Assembly: GCA_963675295.2 (NCBI GenBank)
Contig: CAXXKJ010000002.1
Coordinates: 1,856,001 to 1,920,000 of the forward strand
Reading direction: 5' to 3'
DNA length: 64,000 bases
Source of the DNA: a bacterium
GTDB lineage: Bacteria; Electryoneota; Electryoneia; Electryoneales; Electryoneaceae
This document shows positions 27,794-38,381 of this stretch, one piece after another; the first letter of the stretch is position 1; each line of letters begins with the position of its first letter. Position numbers and translations under genes: made by a program. The notes below the pieces were generated by a model, which worked only from the letters and a program-made list of their open reading frames with translations, was not told the DNA's origin and did not search any database.

Positions 27794-28713
27794 CCGACTG
27801 GACGCGCATCGCCGAACGTCTGGAAACGGCCGCGCCTGGTTGTGTCAAGCGGGACGTCGTGCTCGCGCCGTACACCAGCTACACCATCGGCGGCCCGTCA
27901 CGGTTATTCGTCGAACCGACCGAAGCGAGTCAAGTCGGAAAGATCCTGGAAGTACTGGACGCGGAGAAGGTTGAACCGCTGCTGCTCGGTGGCGGCAGCA
28001 ACATGCTGATCGCGGATACCGGTTGGGACGGTGTGACGCTGCACATCGGGAATCGGTTGTCCGGCTGGTCTTTCGAAGGCGATGCGGCGGAAGTGAACGC
28101 CGGCACGAACCTGCTCGATTTCATTCGCGCCGCGGTCAATCGTGGGCTTGGCGGCATGGAGTTGATGGCGGGCATTCCCGGCAGTGTCGGGGGTGCGTTG
28201 CGGATGAACGCCGGCGCGTTCGGTCAGGAAATCGAAGGTGCGGTGGTTAAGGTTCGCGGGTTCTTCCCGGATGGGGCAGAGGTCGCGTTGGGGCGGACGG
28301 CGATTGAGTTCGGCTACCGGTCCGCGCCGGAATTACAGCAGGTGATAATCACGTCGGCGCGGTTCGAATTCTCGAAAGAGGATCCGAAAGTGCTGACCGA
28401 CCGGATGGACGATGTATTGCGGATGCGGAAAACGAAGCAGCCGTTGGAATTTCCTTCCTGCGGCAGCGTCTTCAAGCGTCCTCCCGGATACTACGCCGGC
28501 GCGTTGATCGAGGAAGTCGGGATAAAGGGAAAGGTGCATGGGCGTGCACAGGTCTCGACAAAACACGCCGGATTCATTGTCAACCTTGGCGGTGCGACCG
28601 CAGTTCAGGTGCGCGAGTTGATCGAGCTGGTCGCCGCGAAGGTGAAAGAACGATTTGGGGTTGAGCTCGAACGTGAAGTCAAGCTGATCGGCTTTGACGA
28701 CGTGCGGGAATGA
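27790..28713 (+). CDS. murB: UDP-N-acetylmuramate dehydrogenase
   Basis: IGGP, GGGSN, GIPGSVGGALRMNAGAFG, SCGSVFK and KHAGFIVN motifs. Confidence 0.96.
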   Translation: MTDWTRIAERLETAAPGCVKRDVVLAPYTSYTIGGPSRLFVEPTEASQVGKILEVLDAEKVEPLLLGGGSNMLIADTGWDGVTLHIGNRLSGWSFEGDAAEVNAGTNLLDFIRAAVNRGLGGMELMAGIPGSVGGALRMNAGAFGQEIEGAVVKVRGFFPDGAEVALGRTAIEFGYRSAPELQQVIITSARFEFSKEDPKVLTDRMDDVLRMRKTKQPLEFPSCGSVFKRPPGYYAGALIEEVGIKGKVHGRAQVSTKHAGFIVNLGGATAVQVRELIELVAAKVKERFGVELEREVKLIGFDDVRE

Positions 28714-28729
28714 TGGGCAGAGGGGGCTG

Positions 28730-29815
28730 ATGAGTCCGAACCGATCCACCTATCGAGGGCGAGTGCGGATGCCGTCCCGGCCGATGAATGACCGTGGCGG
28801 AGCGCGCAGCCAGTACAGCGGGTCGATGGCGTCCAGCGGCGGCAAACGGCGGCGTCCACGCAAACCGCGGAAGATCGGGCGCAAGATTCTGGCGTTGCTG
28901 GTACTCGGAGTGATCGTGTGGTATGCGCGTGAAGATATCGTGAGCACCGTTCGCGGCTGGGTCGGCATGCCGGCCGGGGAAGCCACGGCGGATGTCATCG
29001 GTGATTCCGCCGCGACGGCCGAGTCCGAGGCGGACGCCACGCAGAGCGATACGCGCCATACCGAACCCGCCGGGATCGAGGCTGAACATGACAGCGTCGC
29101 CCGTGCTGGAGTATTGAACCGGGCCGGAGATTGGCTCGAGGATCGGTTGGCGAACGTTTTCCAGGTCAAGTCAATTGAACTGGAAGGTCAGCGATCGCTG
29201 CAGGAAACGGAACTGCGCGAGGGGTTGGATTCGTTGCAGGGATCGCCATTGCTCGAGGTCGACCCGCGTCAGATCGCAGACTCGCTACGCAAGCATCCAC
29301 GCATCAAGGACGCCGTGATTGGCCGCCAATTTCCGAGCACGGTCAAAGTGACGGTGGAAGAACGCCGTGAAGTCGCGGTGTTGATCAGCAACGGTGGTGT
29401 CTGGGGAATTGACGAAAGCCGTGTTGTGTTGCCGTTGCCGGGACGTGCCTGGCCGCTCGACCTGCCGGTGATCAGCGGGTTGAAGCGGGACCCGGACGCG
29501 GGCTCGACGTTGAACGACGCCGGTGTGACCGCTGCATTGAACTGGGTCAAGGCGGCGAAGAAGCAGCCGCGAGTGCAGGCGTGGTTGTCGGAAATCCACG
29601 TGAATGATGGTCAGATCATCTGGATCGCGGGGCAGGATGGCCGGGTGGTTCTGCCTGGTGAACACCCCGTGATCGCGCAGGTGGCGACGCTGGACGCGTT
29701 CCTCGCGTCCAACGACGTGGAGATGGATGGCAGGAAGATTGTTGATTTGACGTTCCCCGATTACCTCATCCTGCGGGATGAGATGTGGACGGGCAACACG
29801 ACCACGGAAGGCTGA
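28730..29815 (+). CDS. ftsQ: FtsQ/DivIB with POTRA domain
   Basis: Basic N-terminal tail, TM helix, linker and POTRA (FQVKSIELEG...HPRIKDAVIGRQFPSTVKVTVEER). Lies upstream of ftsA. Confidence 0.85.
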   Translation: MSPNRSTYRGRVRMPSRPMNDRGGARSQYSGSMASSGGKRRRPRKPRKIGRKILALLVLGVIVWYAREDIVSTVRGWVGMPAGEATADVIGDSAATAESEADATQSDTRHTEPAGIEAEHDSVARAGVLNRAGDWLEDRLANVFQVKSIELEGQRSLQETELREGLDSLQGSPLLEVDPRQIADSLRKHPRIKDAVIGRQFPSTVKVTVEERREVAVLISNGGVWGIDESRVVLPLPGRAWPLDLPVISGLKRDPDAGSTLNDAGVTAALNWVKAAKKQPRVQAWLSEIHVNDGQIIWIAGQDGRVVLPGEHPVIAQVATLDAFLASNDVEMDGRKIVDLTFPDYLILRDEMWTGNTTTEG

Positions 29816-29828
29816 GGGAGAGGTTCCC

Positions 29829-31079
29829 ATGGCATCACGCGATATCATCGTCGGGCTGGATCTCGGCACGACCAAGGTGACCACGATCATTGCGGAAGTC
29901 GACGATCAGGGCGCACAACTGATCGGGTTGGGGCACTGTGAGTCGCAGGGCATGCAGCGTGGTGTCGTCATCAACATCGAGAAGACGGTCGAGGCGATCA
30001 AGGAATCGGTGTCCCAGGCTGAACGCATGGCCGGGCTGCAGGTGGAATCGGTGATCGCCGGCATCGCCGGCGACCACATCCACTCGATGAACAGCAAGGG
30101 CGTGATCGCGATCAGCCGCCGGAATGTCAAGGACCGCACCGGCGAGATCACCCAGGCGGATGTGGATCGTGTCGTCGAAGCGGCGAAGGCGGTCAACCTG
30201 CCGATGGACCGGGAAGTGCTGCACGTGCTGCCGCAGGAATTTGCGGTTGACGACCAGAAGCATATCAAGGACCCGATCGGGATGGCGGGCGTTCGCCTCG
30301 AAGCGGATGTCCACATCATCACCGGCCAGGTCGCACTGGCGCAGAACATTTACCGTTGCGTCGAACGCGCTGGAATGCGGGTTCGTGACCTCGTGCTCGA
30401 ACCGCTGGCGTCCAGCTACAGCGTGATCAGCGAGGACGAACGCGACATCGGCGTCGGCCTGTTGGATATGGGTGGCGGCACCAGCGACATCGCCGTCTTC
30501 CACGAAGGTTCGATCCGGATGACGTCGGTGATCGGACTGGGCGGTGAAAATGTGACCCGTGACCTTTCGATCGGGCTGCGGACACCGTTCGACCAGGCCG
30601 AACGGATCAAGCTGGCACATGGACATTGTTACCTGCCGAACGTTGAGCGGCAGGAAGAGGTTGAGATTCCGGGAATTGGCGGCCGTCCGCCGACACGCGT
30701 TTCCCGGCAGCAGATCGCGGAGTTTATCCAACCGCGAATGGAAGAGTTGTTCGAGTTGGCGATGGCGGAAATGCGCAAGGCGAACGTCTGGGAGATGCTC
30801 AATGGCGGCATCGTGCTCACCGGCGGCGCATCCGAGATCGAAGGCGCGGCCGAGCTGGCGCAGGAGATTTTCGAGTTGCCGGTAAAGGTTGGCCAGCCGA
30901 CGGGGCTCGGCGGTTTGATGGAAACCGCCCGCAGCCCGATTTACGCCACCGGCGTGGGCCTCGTTCTGTACGGGCTCGAGGGCCGGGACCCCTTCCTCGC
31001 GATGGAAGGCGCGGATGAATCGACTGTCTTTCGAAAGATACTACGGAGGATGAGAGCATGGTTCGAGGACTTTTTTTGA
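29829..31079 (+). CDS. ftsA: Cell division protein FtsA
   Basis: VGLDLGTTKV, DMGGGTSD, AERIK and VLTGGAS motifs; amphipathic C-terminus RMRAWFEDFF. Confidence 0.97.
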   Translation: MASRDIIVGLDLGTTKVTTIIAEVDDQGAQLIGLGHCESQGMQRGVVINIEKTVEAIKESVSQAERMAGLQVESVIAGIAGDHIHSMNSKGVIAISRRNVKDRTGEITQADVDRVVEAAKAVNLPMDREVLHVLPQEFAVDDQKHIKDPIGMAGVRLEADVHIITGQVALAQNIYRCVERAGMRVRDLVLEPLASSYSVISEDERDIGVGLLDMGGGTSDIAVFHEGSIRMTSVIGLGGENVTRDLSIGLRTPFDQAERIKLAHGHCYLPNVERQEEVEIPGIGGRPPTRVSRQQIAEFIQPRMEELFELAMAEMRKANVWEMLNGGIVLTGGASEIEGAAELAQEIFELPVKVGQPTGLGGLMETARSPIYATGVGLVLYGLEGRDPFLAMEGADESTVFRKILRRMRAWFEDFF

Positions 31080-33319
31080 TGCCGATGGACGGCTCCAGCT
31101 CGCCTGGCGGTGAGGGCTGGAGATCCGGCGATCAGGGGAAACACCGGCGCGACCAATCCGGGCAGTCCTCTAACCACTCGTTTGAGGACGGTTCCGGCCG
31201 TCACGACGATCCTCCGCCACGGCGGTCGGTGGCGGATATTATCGCCGCCTGCGAAGCGCTCGAAAAGCGTGCGAAGGAGATGCAGGAACTGGCGCGCAAG
31301 AAGCCGGAGGTGCCGGAGAAGCAACCGTTGCGTCCGATTGGCAGCGACGGCGACAACGTCCAGACCAACGGTCCGGTCTACCTGACGCATGAGCTTATCG
31401 ACAAGGCCGCGGAGTTGATCTCAAGCTCCAGCGGTGGCGGGAAGCACGTCGTAAAGGACGAACACGCGCTGTCGAGAATCCCGCGTGATGACTTCGCGGC
31501 GATTGGAGAGCCTGGTGAAAGTGGCGATAAGGAAGACAAACCGTCTCGTCTGCGTTTCAGCATGGCACCAACCGAAGCCGAGGCGGACGAGACTCCGGCC
31601 CCACCGGTCCCCGTAGAGACCATCACCGCCGACCAGTATCGCGCGGAAAAGCGGGGCGATAAGGCCATGGCGTCCGAGGCCGATGCTGGCATCGAGGACG
31701 AGGATGAAGTGGACACGGAATCCAGTTCTACCGTTGCATCCGAAGAAACAGTCGATACAGAAGAAGTCGTTGCGGAAGCTGTACAGGAAGATGACGAGGT
31801 AACCGTCAGCGCCGGTGAAGCTGAGGTTGAGGCGGACGCGGACGCCGTTGACGAGTCTGATACAACCGCCGTTGACAGTTCGGCGGACAGCGAGCTTTCG
31901 GTTGAGGCGAATGGGGATCAGCCGGAAGACGAAAAACCAGTTGAGACAACAACGAACACGATACCCGATAATGAGGAGTCGGCCATGAGTGAGAAGCACA
32001 GGCCGGGCGGCAACCTGAGGATTGAGTTCTCTTCCGACGAACAGCGCGCCCGTTTGAAAGTCATCGGGGTCGGCGGGGCCGGCTCGAACGCTGTTGACAA
32101 CATGATTTCCAGCCAGCTGCACGGCGTGGACTTCATCTCGGTCAACACGGACGCGCAGGCACTGCTGGACGAGCGTTGCCTCGCCCCGACCAAGGTCCAG
32201 ATCGGCCGTGAATGCACGCGCGGTCTCGGTGCCGGTGGAAACCCGGAAGTCGGCCGTGAAGCTGCGGAAGAGGACATGGAACGGCTGCGTACGCTGTTCG
32301 ACGGCGCGGACATGGTGTTTGTCGCCGGTGGCATGGGTGGCGGGACAGCGTCCGGCGCGGCGCCGGTGATCGCACAGCTTGCGCGTGACCGTGGCATCCT
32401 GACCATCGGCATCGTGACCAAGCCGTTCACCTTCGAGGGCCGCCGCCGCATGCAGCGCGCGGAAGCCGCCATCGAGGAGATGAAGGAAGCGGTCGATACG
32501 CTGATCGTCATCCCCAACGACAAGGTCTTCGACCTGTTCAAGGATGATCTGCCGTACCACGAAGCGTTCAAGCAGGTGGATCAGGTGCTCTACCAGGGCA
32601 CCAAGGGCATCAGCGATATCATCAATACGCGCGGCTTCATCAACGTTGACTTCGCGGACGCGAAGAGCGTCATGAGCAACGCCGGCGACGCGATCATGGG
32701 CATCGGCTTCGCGGACGGCGAGAACCGTGCCGCTGCGGCCGCCGCGGCCGCGATCGACAGTCCGCTGCTGGATAACCTGCGCATCGACGGCGCGCGCGGC
32801 ATCCTGATCAACATCACCGGCGGCAAAAATGTCGGCATGAAGGAAGTGCAGCAGGCGGTGCAGGTGGTGACCGAATCGGCCCAGGAAGACGCGGACATCT
32901 ACTTCGGTCTCGTCGAGGATGATTCGCTGGGCGACAAGATCAGCGTCACCGTGATCGCGACCGGCTTTAACAACGATCAGCGTCAGCTGCCGAAGATGCA
33001 CAAGGCGCGCGACGTCGAACCGACCGTGCAGTTCCGCACCACCGGCCGCCACCCGCGCCCTCTGAAGCCGATGGAAGAGCATGACGGTCACGCCAACGGC
33101 AAAAACGGTGTCAACGGAAAGAATGGTACCAACGGCACGAACGGTACCAACGGCAAGAACGGGATCAACGGTCACGACGAGAAGAACGGCAAGCAAGTAC
33201 CGCGAGAATTCGTGCGTGTCGATGCCGAACCGGCGTTCGTCGATGAGACCAGCATCGATCGCAACGACATCGAGGTACCGGCGTTCCTGCGTCGCGGACC
33301 GCGTGGTGGGAAGCGGTGA
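31079..33319 (+). CDS. ftsZ: FtsZ with ~302-aa acidic N-terminal extension (alternative start at 31985)
   Basis: KVIGVGGAGSN, NTDAQAL, GMGGGTASG and INVDFAD motifs; C-terminal DIEVPAFLRR. TGATG coupling to ftsA at 31077-31081; internal GAGGAG-N6-ATG at 31973-31987. Confidence 0.93.
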   Translation: MPMDGSSSPGGEGWRSGDQGKHRRDQSGQSSNHSFEDGSGRHDDPPPRRSVADIIAACEALEKRAKEMQELARKKPEVPEKQPLRPIGSDGDNVQTNGPVYLTHELIDKAAELISSSSGGGKHVVKDEHALSRIPRDDFAAIGEPGESGDKEDKPSRLRFSMAPTEAEADETPAPPVPVETITADQYRAEKRGDKAMASEADAGIEDEDEVDTESSSTVASEETVDTEEVVAEAVQEDDEVTVSAGEAEVEADADAVDESDTTAVDSSADSELSVEANGDQPEDEKPVETTTNTIPDNEESAMSEKHRPGGNLRIEFSSDEQRARLKVIGVGGAGSNAVDNMISSQLHGVDFISVNTDAQALLDERCLAPTKVQIGRECTRGLGAGGNPEVGREAAEEDMERLRTLFDGADMVFVAGGMGGGTASGAAPVIAQLARDRGILTIGIVTKPFTFEGRRRMQRAEAAIEEMKEAVDTLIVIPNDKVFDLFKDDLPYHEAFKQVDQVLYQGTKGISDIINTRGFINVDFADAKSVMSNAGDAIMGIGFADGENRAAAAAAAAIDSPLLDNLRIDGARGILINITGGKNVGMKEVQQAVQVVTESAQEDADIYFGLVEDDSLGDKISVTVIATGFNNDQRQLPKMHKARDVEPTVQFRTTGRHPRPLKPMEEHDGHANGKNGVNGKNGTNGTNGTNGKNGINGHDEKNGKQVPREFVRVDAEPAFVDETSIDRNDIEVPAFLRRGPRGGKR
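33095..33175 (+). repeat. (Asn-Gly-X)9 repeat in the FtsZ linker
   Basis: NGK NGV NGK NGT NGT NGT NGK NGI NGH. Confidence 0.85.
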
Positions 33320-33374
33320 GGGTCGTTCCGTAAATCCGAGAAATCCTCGTTTCCGACATATTGTCGAATCTCAG

Positions 33375-33404
33375 AAAAACACCATCCGAAAGGGTGGTGT
33401 TTTT
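33375..33404 (+). terminator. dcw operon terminator
   Basis: AAAAACACCATCC-GAAA-GGGTGGTGTTTTT. Confidence 0.85.
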
Positions 33405-33866
33405 ACTCTATTTGGGAGAATGATGCAGAGATTCGAGAATGCGAAATCAAAATGGGAGGAGAACCTGAGTCCTCCGAGAGGCACGGATGTTACAAGGTGA
33501 AAGTGGATGTATCATTGGTAGTAATACCGAAAAATGTAAAAATAGCTAATCATTATGTTTTATCTGATTGGTGATGGGCGCTAATATGGAGAACCGCTGG
33601 ACAAGTTAAGATTGGACTAGTAATCAAACGCAGTATCACTATTCCGGATTTTTATCTCCAAAATATTGCTTTTTTGGTAACAGAATTTACAGCTCTCGGG
33701 TTGCGCGACTCAGTTTCGCGGATTTACCATATCTCTCGAACCAAGGGTTGAGAGTCCCGAATTGTCCGGTATACCCCCGAGAAGACCGGTCATCTTCGCA
33801 TCGGACGGCTTGAGACTGTTGATCCAGCTGAAGTTAACGTGACCGTGGTCACCAGGGGAGGGAAAC

Positions 33867-35018
33867 GTGAAGAACTTGACAATTGTTTTGTTTCTGTTGT
33901 TGAGCTTGTCACTGGTCGGTTCCGCTATTGCGGGTGAAGTTGAATTCAAGCCCTACGGTTTTGTTCGTGGTGAGGGGTATTACGACACGGAATCAGTTGC
34001 TGCCGGCGACTGGTTGCTGTTTTCTGCTGATGACCAGACCCCGGGTCGTGATGTTGGCCAGCTGAGCTTCAGTGCACGTCACAGCCGTATCGGTGTCAAG
34101 ATTTCCGGCATTGAGTATGTGGACGGGGTGAACGTCTTCGGCAAGCTCGAAACGGACTTTGCCGGTGGTTTCCCCAACAGCACCACGCAGGCCCGCCAAC
34201 CGTTGCTTCGTCTTCGTCTCGCCTACGTCGCCATCACGACGGACAAGTTGGAATACCGCATCGGTCAGGACTGGACGATCATCAGCGCTCCGTTCCCGAA
34301 CACGGCGATGTTCGTCGTTGGTGCGGGCCTGGGCAATTTGTGGATGCGGATGCCGCAGATGAGCCTCGCGTACAAGATGGGCGATGTGAAGCTGACAGGT
34401 TCGGTCAACCGTGCGATTTCAGCGACGGACAAGTACGATGCGTTCACCAGTTCGGACCTCGATGTCAACGGATCGGGTGAAAAGACCGGCCTGCCGTACA
34501 TCATGGGCCGTCTCGACTGGAACAAGCAGGCGGTCGGTATTTCGGTGATGGGTCATACCGGTTGGGAAGACATTCCGGACGGAAACGGCAAGATTCACCG
34601 GATGAACAGTTGGTCGGGTATTGTTGCAGTGCGGCTGGAATCGGGCAAGGTTCGGCTGCGGGGCGAATACTTCCAGGGCGAAAACCTGAACGCTTTCTTC
34701 GGTGGCATCATCCAGGGCCAGGCGGTGATGCCGAACAAGGTGGAGAACATTGCAGCCATGGGCGGCTGGGTGGATCTGACCTACAAGCTTACAGAGAAGT
34801 GGTCAGTTGTAGCGGGGGCGGGCATGGACGATCCGGACGATGAGTTCCTCGGGCCGGCGAACCGTGATCTGAATGAGTGGATCTGGGGGAACTTCCAGTA
34901 CAAGCCGGTGAAGAATCTCACCATGATTCTGGAAACAAACTACGTGCGCACGACCTACGTCAATGAAGGTGCGGGCGACAACGTGCGTATTGCCTTCGTT
35001 ACAGTGATGACGTTCTGA
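33867..35018 (+). CDS. Outer-membrane porin, DcaP-like
   Basis: Signal peptide; YGFVR, SRIG, GKLETDF, LRLRLAY, IGQDWT and RMPQ motifs; C-terminal Phe beta-signal. Confidence 0.75.
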   Translation: MKNLTIVLFLLLSLSLVGSAIAGEVEFKPYGFVRGEGYYDTESVAAGDWLLFSADDQTPGRDVGQLSFSARHSRIGVKISGIEYVDGVNVFGKLETDFAGGFPNSTTQARQPLLRLRLAYVAITTDKLEYRIGQDWTIISAPFPNTAMFVVGAGLGNLWMRMPQMSLAYKMGDVKLTGSVNRAISATDKYDAFTSSDLDVNGSGEKTGLPYIMGRLDWNKQAVGISVMGHTGWEDIPDGNGKIHRMNSWSGIVAVRLESGKVRLRGEYFQGENLNAFFGGIIQGQAVMPNKVENIAAMGGWVDLTYKLTEKWSVVAGAGMDDPDDEFLGPANRDLNEWIWGNFQYKPVKNLTMILETNYVRTTYVNEGAGDNVRIAFVTVMTF

Positions 35019-35049
35019 GGTTTGGTAGTTCAGAGGAAAGAGGTCACCC

Positions 35050-37623
35050 ATGAAGATGACGATCAAGAACAAACTGCTGTTCATGACGGCCGGGACGGCC
35101 TTCGTATCGGCGTTTACTCTGATCATCCTGTTGCTGATTCAGATGCCGACGCTGAAGAAGACGATCATCAGCGAGTTGGATGTCACCGCGCGTGATAACG
35201 TGGCACAGATCAGTGAAGACGTGTACGCGATGGCGTCCAGCCTGAATCGATCGTTGCAAGCGGAAGGCATTGAGGTTGAAGATCCACTCCAGCTTCCGGG
35301 TTTGCGCGAACGCATTGAAAACATTACGGTTGGTCAAACCGGCTATGTCTTCATTCTCGGCGGATCTGGCGACTGGAAAGGGCACTACGTTGTGTCCAAG
35401 GGCGGCGCTCGAGATGGTGAAAACATCTGGAACGCCAAGGACGCGAACGGTGTCCTGTTCATTCAGGAGATGGTAAACCAGTCGACGGCGAAACGTGGCG
35501 GTGAGATCAGTTTCGTCCGCTATCCCTGGCAGAACAAGGGCGAAGATTTTGCGCGGACAAAGATTTCTGCCGTGACCTATTTCGAGCCGTGGGATTGGGT
35601 GATTGGTTCCGGCACGTACGAAGATGAATTCTACGCCACCGCGGGAACCGTGCAAGCTTCCTTCATGAAGCAGTTGTGGCTGGTGATTGCGATCGGCCTG
35701 GTTATTGTTGTGGCCGGCTCGATTGTTGCCTACCGTTTCGGTTCCACAATCGCCAAACACTTGCGCGAAGCGATGGGCATGGCGAACCGGCTCGCGGATG
35801 GCGAAGTCGCTGACGAAATCCACATCAACACCCAGGATGAACTCGGCGAACTCGCCAACGCCTTCAACAAGATGACGGGCAATTTCAAAGCCCGCGGTGA
35901 GTTCATCGATGATCTTGCAGAAGGCCGGTTAAACACCGATCTGCCGCTTGCCAGTGAGCGTGACGCGATGGGAAAGGGGTTGCTGCTTGTCCGTGACGCA
36001 ATCAAGCAGGTGATCGAGGAGATCAACGGTCTGGCTGCCGCGGCAATCGAGGGCCGGTTGAATGATCGCGCCAACGCGGACGCGTATTCCGGTGACTACC
36101 AGAACCTGATCAACAATCTGAACAAGCTCGTCGGGACGTTGGTCGGACACATCGATACCCTGCCGATCCCGTTGACGGTGGTCGATCCGGAACTCAACGT
36201 CAAGTACATGAATGCCGCGGGTGCGAAGGTTTCAAATTCTGAGCCGGCGTCTCTGGTCGGCAAGAACTTCTACGATCTGACTCGGATGGACGATCACGGC
36301 ACGCAGGAAAGTGCTTTTGTCCGCACGAAGCAGAACAGAAAGATTGAAACCAGCCTGACGAAGGCTCACACGGCGGTCGGAGACCTGGATCTGCAGTACA
36401 CCAGCAAGCCGATTCTGGATGAAACCGGGACCCTGCTCGGGATGCTCGCTGTGGCGTTGGATCAGACCGAGATCCTGCACGCGCAGCACATGGCCGAACG
36501 GGTCAACGACTTCCAGAAAAACGAGATCGCCAAGCTTCGTGACGTGTTCTACGCCATGGCCGGTGGCGACCTGACGGTTGGATATTCCGTCGAAAGTGCC
36601 TCCCAGGAAGAGATGAAAGAGGTCCGGGAAGCGTTCGAGGAAATCGCTTCGGTGCTGAACCAAACCTTGAGTTCGCTGAACGAAATCCTCGGCCAGGTAC
36701 AGACCTCGACCGACGAAGTCCGCAGCGGTGCAGAGCAGGTGTCGTCCGCCAGCCAGTCGTTGTCGCAGGGCGCGACCGAGCAGGCGAGTTCGCTGGAAGA
36801 GATTTCCGCGACCCTGACTGAGATCACCGGCCAGACGCAGAACAACTCGGACAACGCTCTCGAAGCGGCACAGCTGGCCAAGACCGCCAGCAACAGCGCA
36901 AACGGCGGCAACCAGCGCATGGACCAGATGCTGAATTCGATGAAGCAGATCGAATCTCAGTCGCTGGAAGTGCAGAAGATCATCAAGGTGATCGACGAGA
37001 TCGCGTTCCAGACCAACCTGCTGGCGTTGAACGCGGCGGTTGAAGCGGCACGTGCCGGTGTCCATGGCAAGGGCTTCGCGGTCGTTGCGGAAGAGGTGAG
37101 AAACCTCGCGCAACGGTCCGCTCGGGCAGCCAGCGAGACGACGGAACTGATCGGGAACAGTGTCACCTCGGTCAAGGAAGGGTCCGGCATCGCGGACGAG
37201 ACGGCGGAATCGTTCAAGGAAATCCTCGAACAGATTGACAAGGTGACCAATCTGGTCTCCGAGATCAGCGACGCGTCCCGTGAACAGGCTACCGGCATCA
37301 ACGAAGTCAACGATGCCCTCGGCCAGGTGGACGTTGTCACGCAGGGCAACACGGCCAACGCCGAGCAGAGTGCGGCGGCGGCCGAAGAGTTGTCCGGCCA
37401 GGCGGAACAGCTGCGGCAGATGATGAGCCGTTTCAAGCTGACGACCACCTCGCTGCGTCAGTCGGCTCGGTATGACAGCCACTCAGGTCAGGACTTCGAC
37501 GATTCCTATCCTGACGAGGATCTGGCCCATTCAAACGGATCCAAATCAGACGATTATGAAGCGGTCCATGAGGATCCGTCCGACATGATCAAGTTGGATG
37601 ATGACGACTTCGGCAGCTTCTGA
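35050..37623 (+). CDS. Methyl-accepting chemotaxis protein (Cache, HAMP, PAS and MCP signal domains)
   Basis: Two TM helices flank a Cache domain ([28 protein letters not shown]). [20 protein letters not shown] signature; C-terminal DFGSF pentapeptide. Confidence 0.95.
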   Translation: MKMTIKNKLLFMTAGTAFVSAFTLIILLLIQMPTLKKTIISELDVTARDNVAQISEDVYAMASSLNRSLQAEGIEVEDPLQLPGLRERIENITVGQTGYVFILGGSGDWKGHYVVSKGGARDGENIWNAKDANGVLFIQEMVNQSTAKRGGEISFVRYPWQNKGEDFARTKISAVTYFEPWDWVIGSGTYEDEFYATAGTVQASFMKQLWLVIAIGLVIVVAGSIVAYRFGSTIAKHLREAMGMANRLADGEVADEIHINTQDELGELANAFNKMTGNFKARGEFIDDLAEGRLNTDLPLASERDAMGKGLLLVRDAIKQVIEEINGLAAAAIEGRLNDRANADAYSGDYQNLINNLNKLVGTLVGHIDTLPIPLTVVDPELNVKYMNAAGAKVSNSEPASLVGKNFYDLTRMDDHGTQESAFVRTKQNRKIETSLTKAHTAVGDLDLQYTSKPILDETGTLLGMLAVALDQTEILHAQHMAERVNDFQKNEIAKLRDVFYAMAGGDLTVGYSVESASQEEMKEVREAFEEIASVLNQTLSSLNEILGQVQTSTDEVRSGAEQVSSASQSLSQGATEQASSLEEISATLTEITGQTQNNSDNALEAAQLAKTASNSANGGNQRMDQMLNSMKQIESQSLEVQKIIKVIDEIAFQTNLLALNAAVEAARAGVHGKGFAVVAEEVRNLAQRSARAASETTELIGNSVTSVKEGSGIADETAESFKEILEQIDKVTNLVSEISDASREQATGINEVNDALGQVDVVTQGNTANAEQSAAAAEELSGQAEQLRQMMSRFKLTTTSLRQSARYDSHSGQDFDDSYPDEDLAHSNGSKSDDYEAVHEDPSDMIKLDDDDFGSF

Positions 37624-37645
37624 TCGAGTACTCTTCGCATCAAGC

Positions 37646-37679
37646 ACGGGACCGTCCGTTTTGGATGGTCCCGTTTTTT
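37646..37679 (+). terminator. Intrinsic terminator
   Basis: ACGGGACCGTCC-GTTTT-GGATGGTCCCGT followed by a T run. Confidence 0.8.
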
Positions 37680-38381
37680 CATCCCTCGAATCAATGTCCT
37701 CGCATGCCATTCGTTCCAATTGTCGGTCGAAAATCGACCTGGCCAGACAACCCGTTCGTGCAGTCTTGAGCTTCAGGTTCAGCTGGGATGAAAATCGCGG
37801 GAGAGCCGGGAGAGACAACAGCCCGACCGGCTGGTCGCGTCCAAACTCCCACGATTTGGAATAGTATTGGTGAAATTGGCTAGTACTCTTGACAAATCGT
37901 AAAAGTGCAAGTGTCAGGTCAGGCATTGCTCAATAACTGTACATAAGGGCATCAGCGGATGAAATTACAAGTATGATCCAGAGTATAAGAATTACGTGTC
38001 GAGAACGACGTAAAATAACAATTTCTGTAATATTGAAATGTTGTATTTCGTGATCACGCAGAGTAATATTGACCAATCCAGCGATAAAAATGAATAGTTT
38101 GCGGTAGTGCATCAGTCGCTAAATCATTATTATAAGAATATCGGTTTTGCCCGAGCATATCAGACGTCTTGGTTCTGTGGCAAGCGCCGGAGTGTTCCCG
38201 TGGAATCTGGCAGGAACAGAAACCAGGGGAGAGGGAAGGCCTGCGGCGGCAGTGGGTGGATCATGGTTGACGTGAACAACGATGGAGGGTCAAGGGGTAC
38301 AGGCAGGTTGGATTAAGCAATACGATGAAGTGAAAAAGTGGGCATCTAGCACGTGGTTGGTTACAAGGGGAAAGGTACAGT

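Noticed and set aside
31421-33196. Long antisense ORFs (also 26327-27634, 36232-37482, 59553-61589 and others)
   Set aside because: Shadow frames of high-GC genes, with no motifs of their own.
37860-38380. Small ORFs in the AT-rich spacer between the two MCPs
   Set aside because: No SD or motifs and atypical codon use; more likely promoter DNA.
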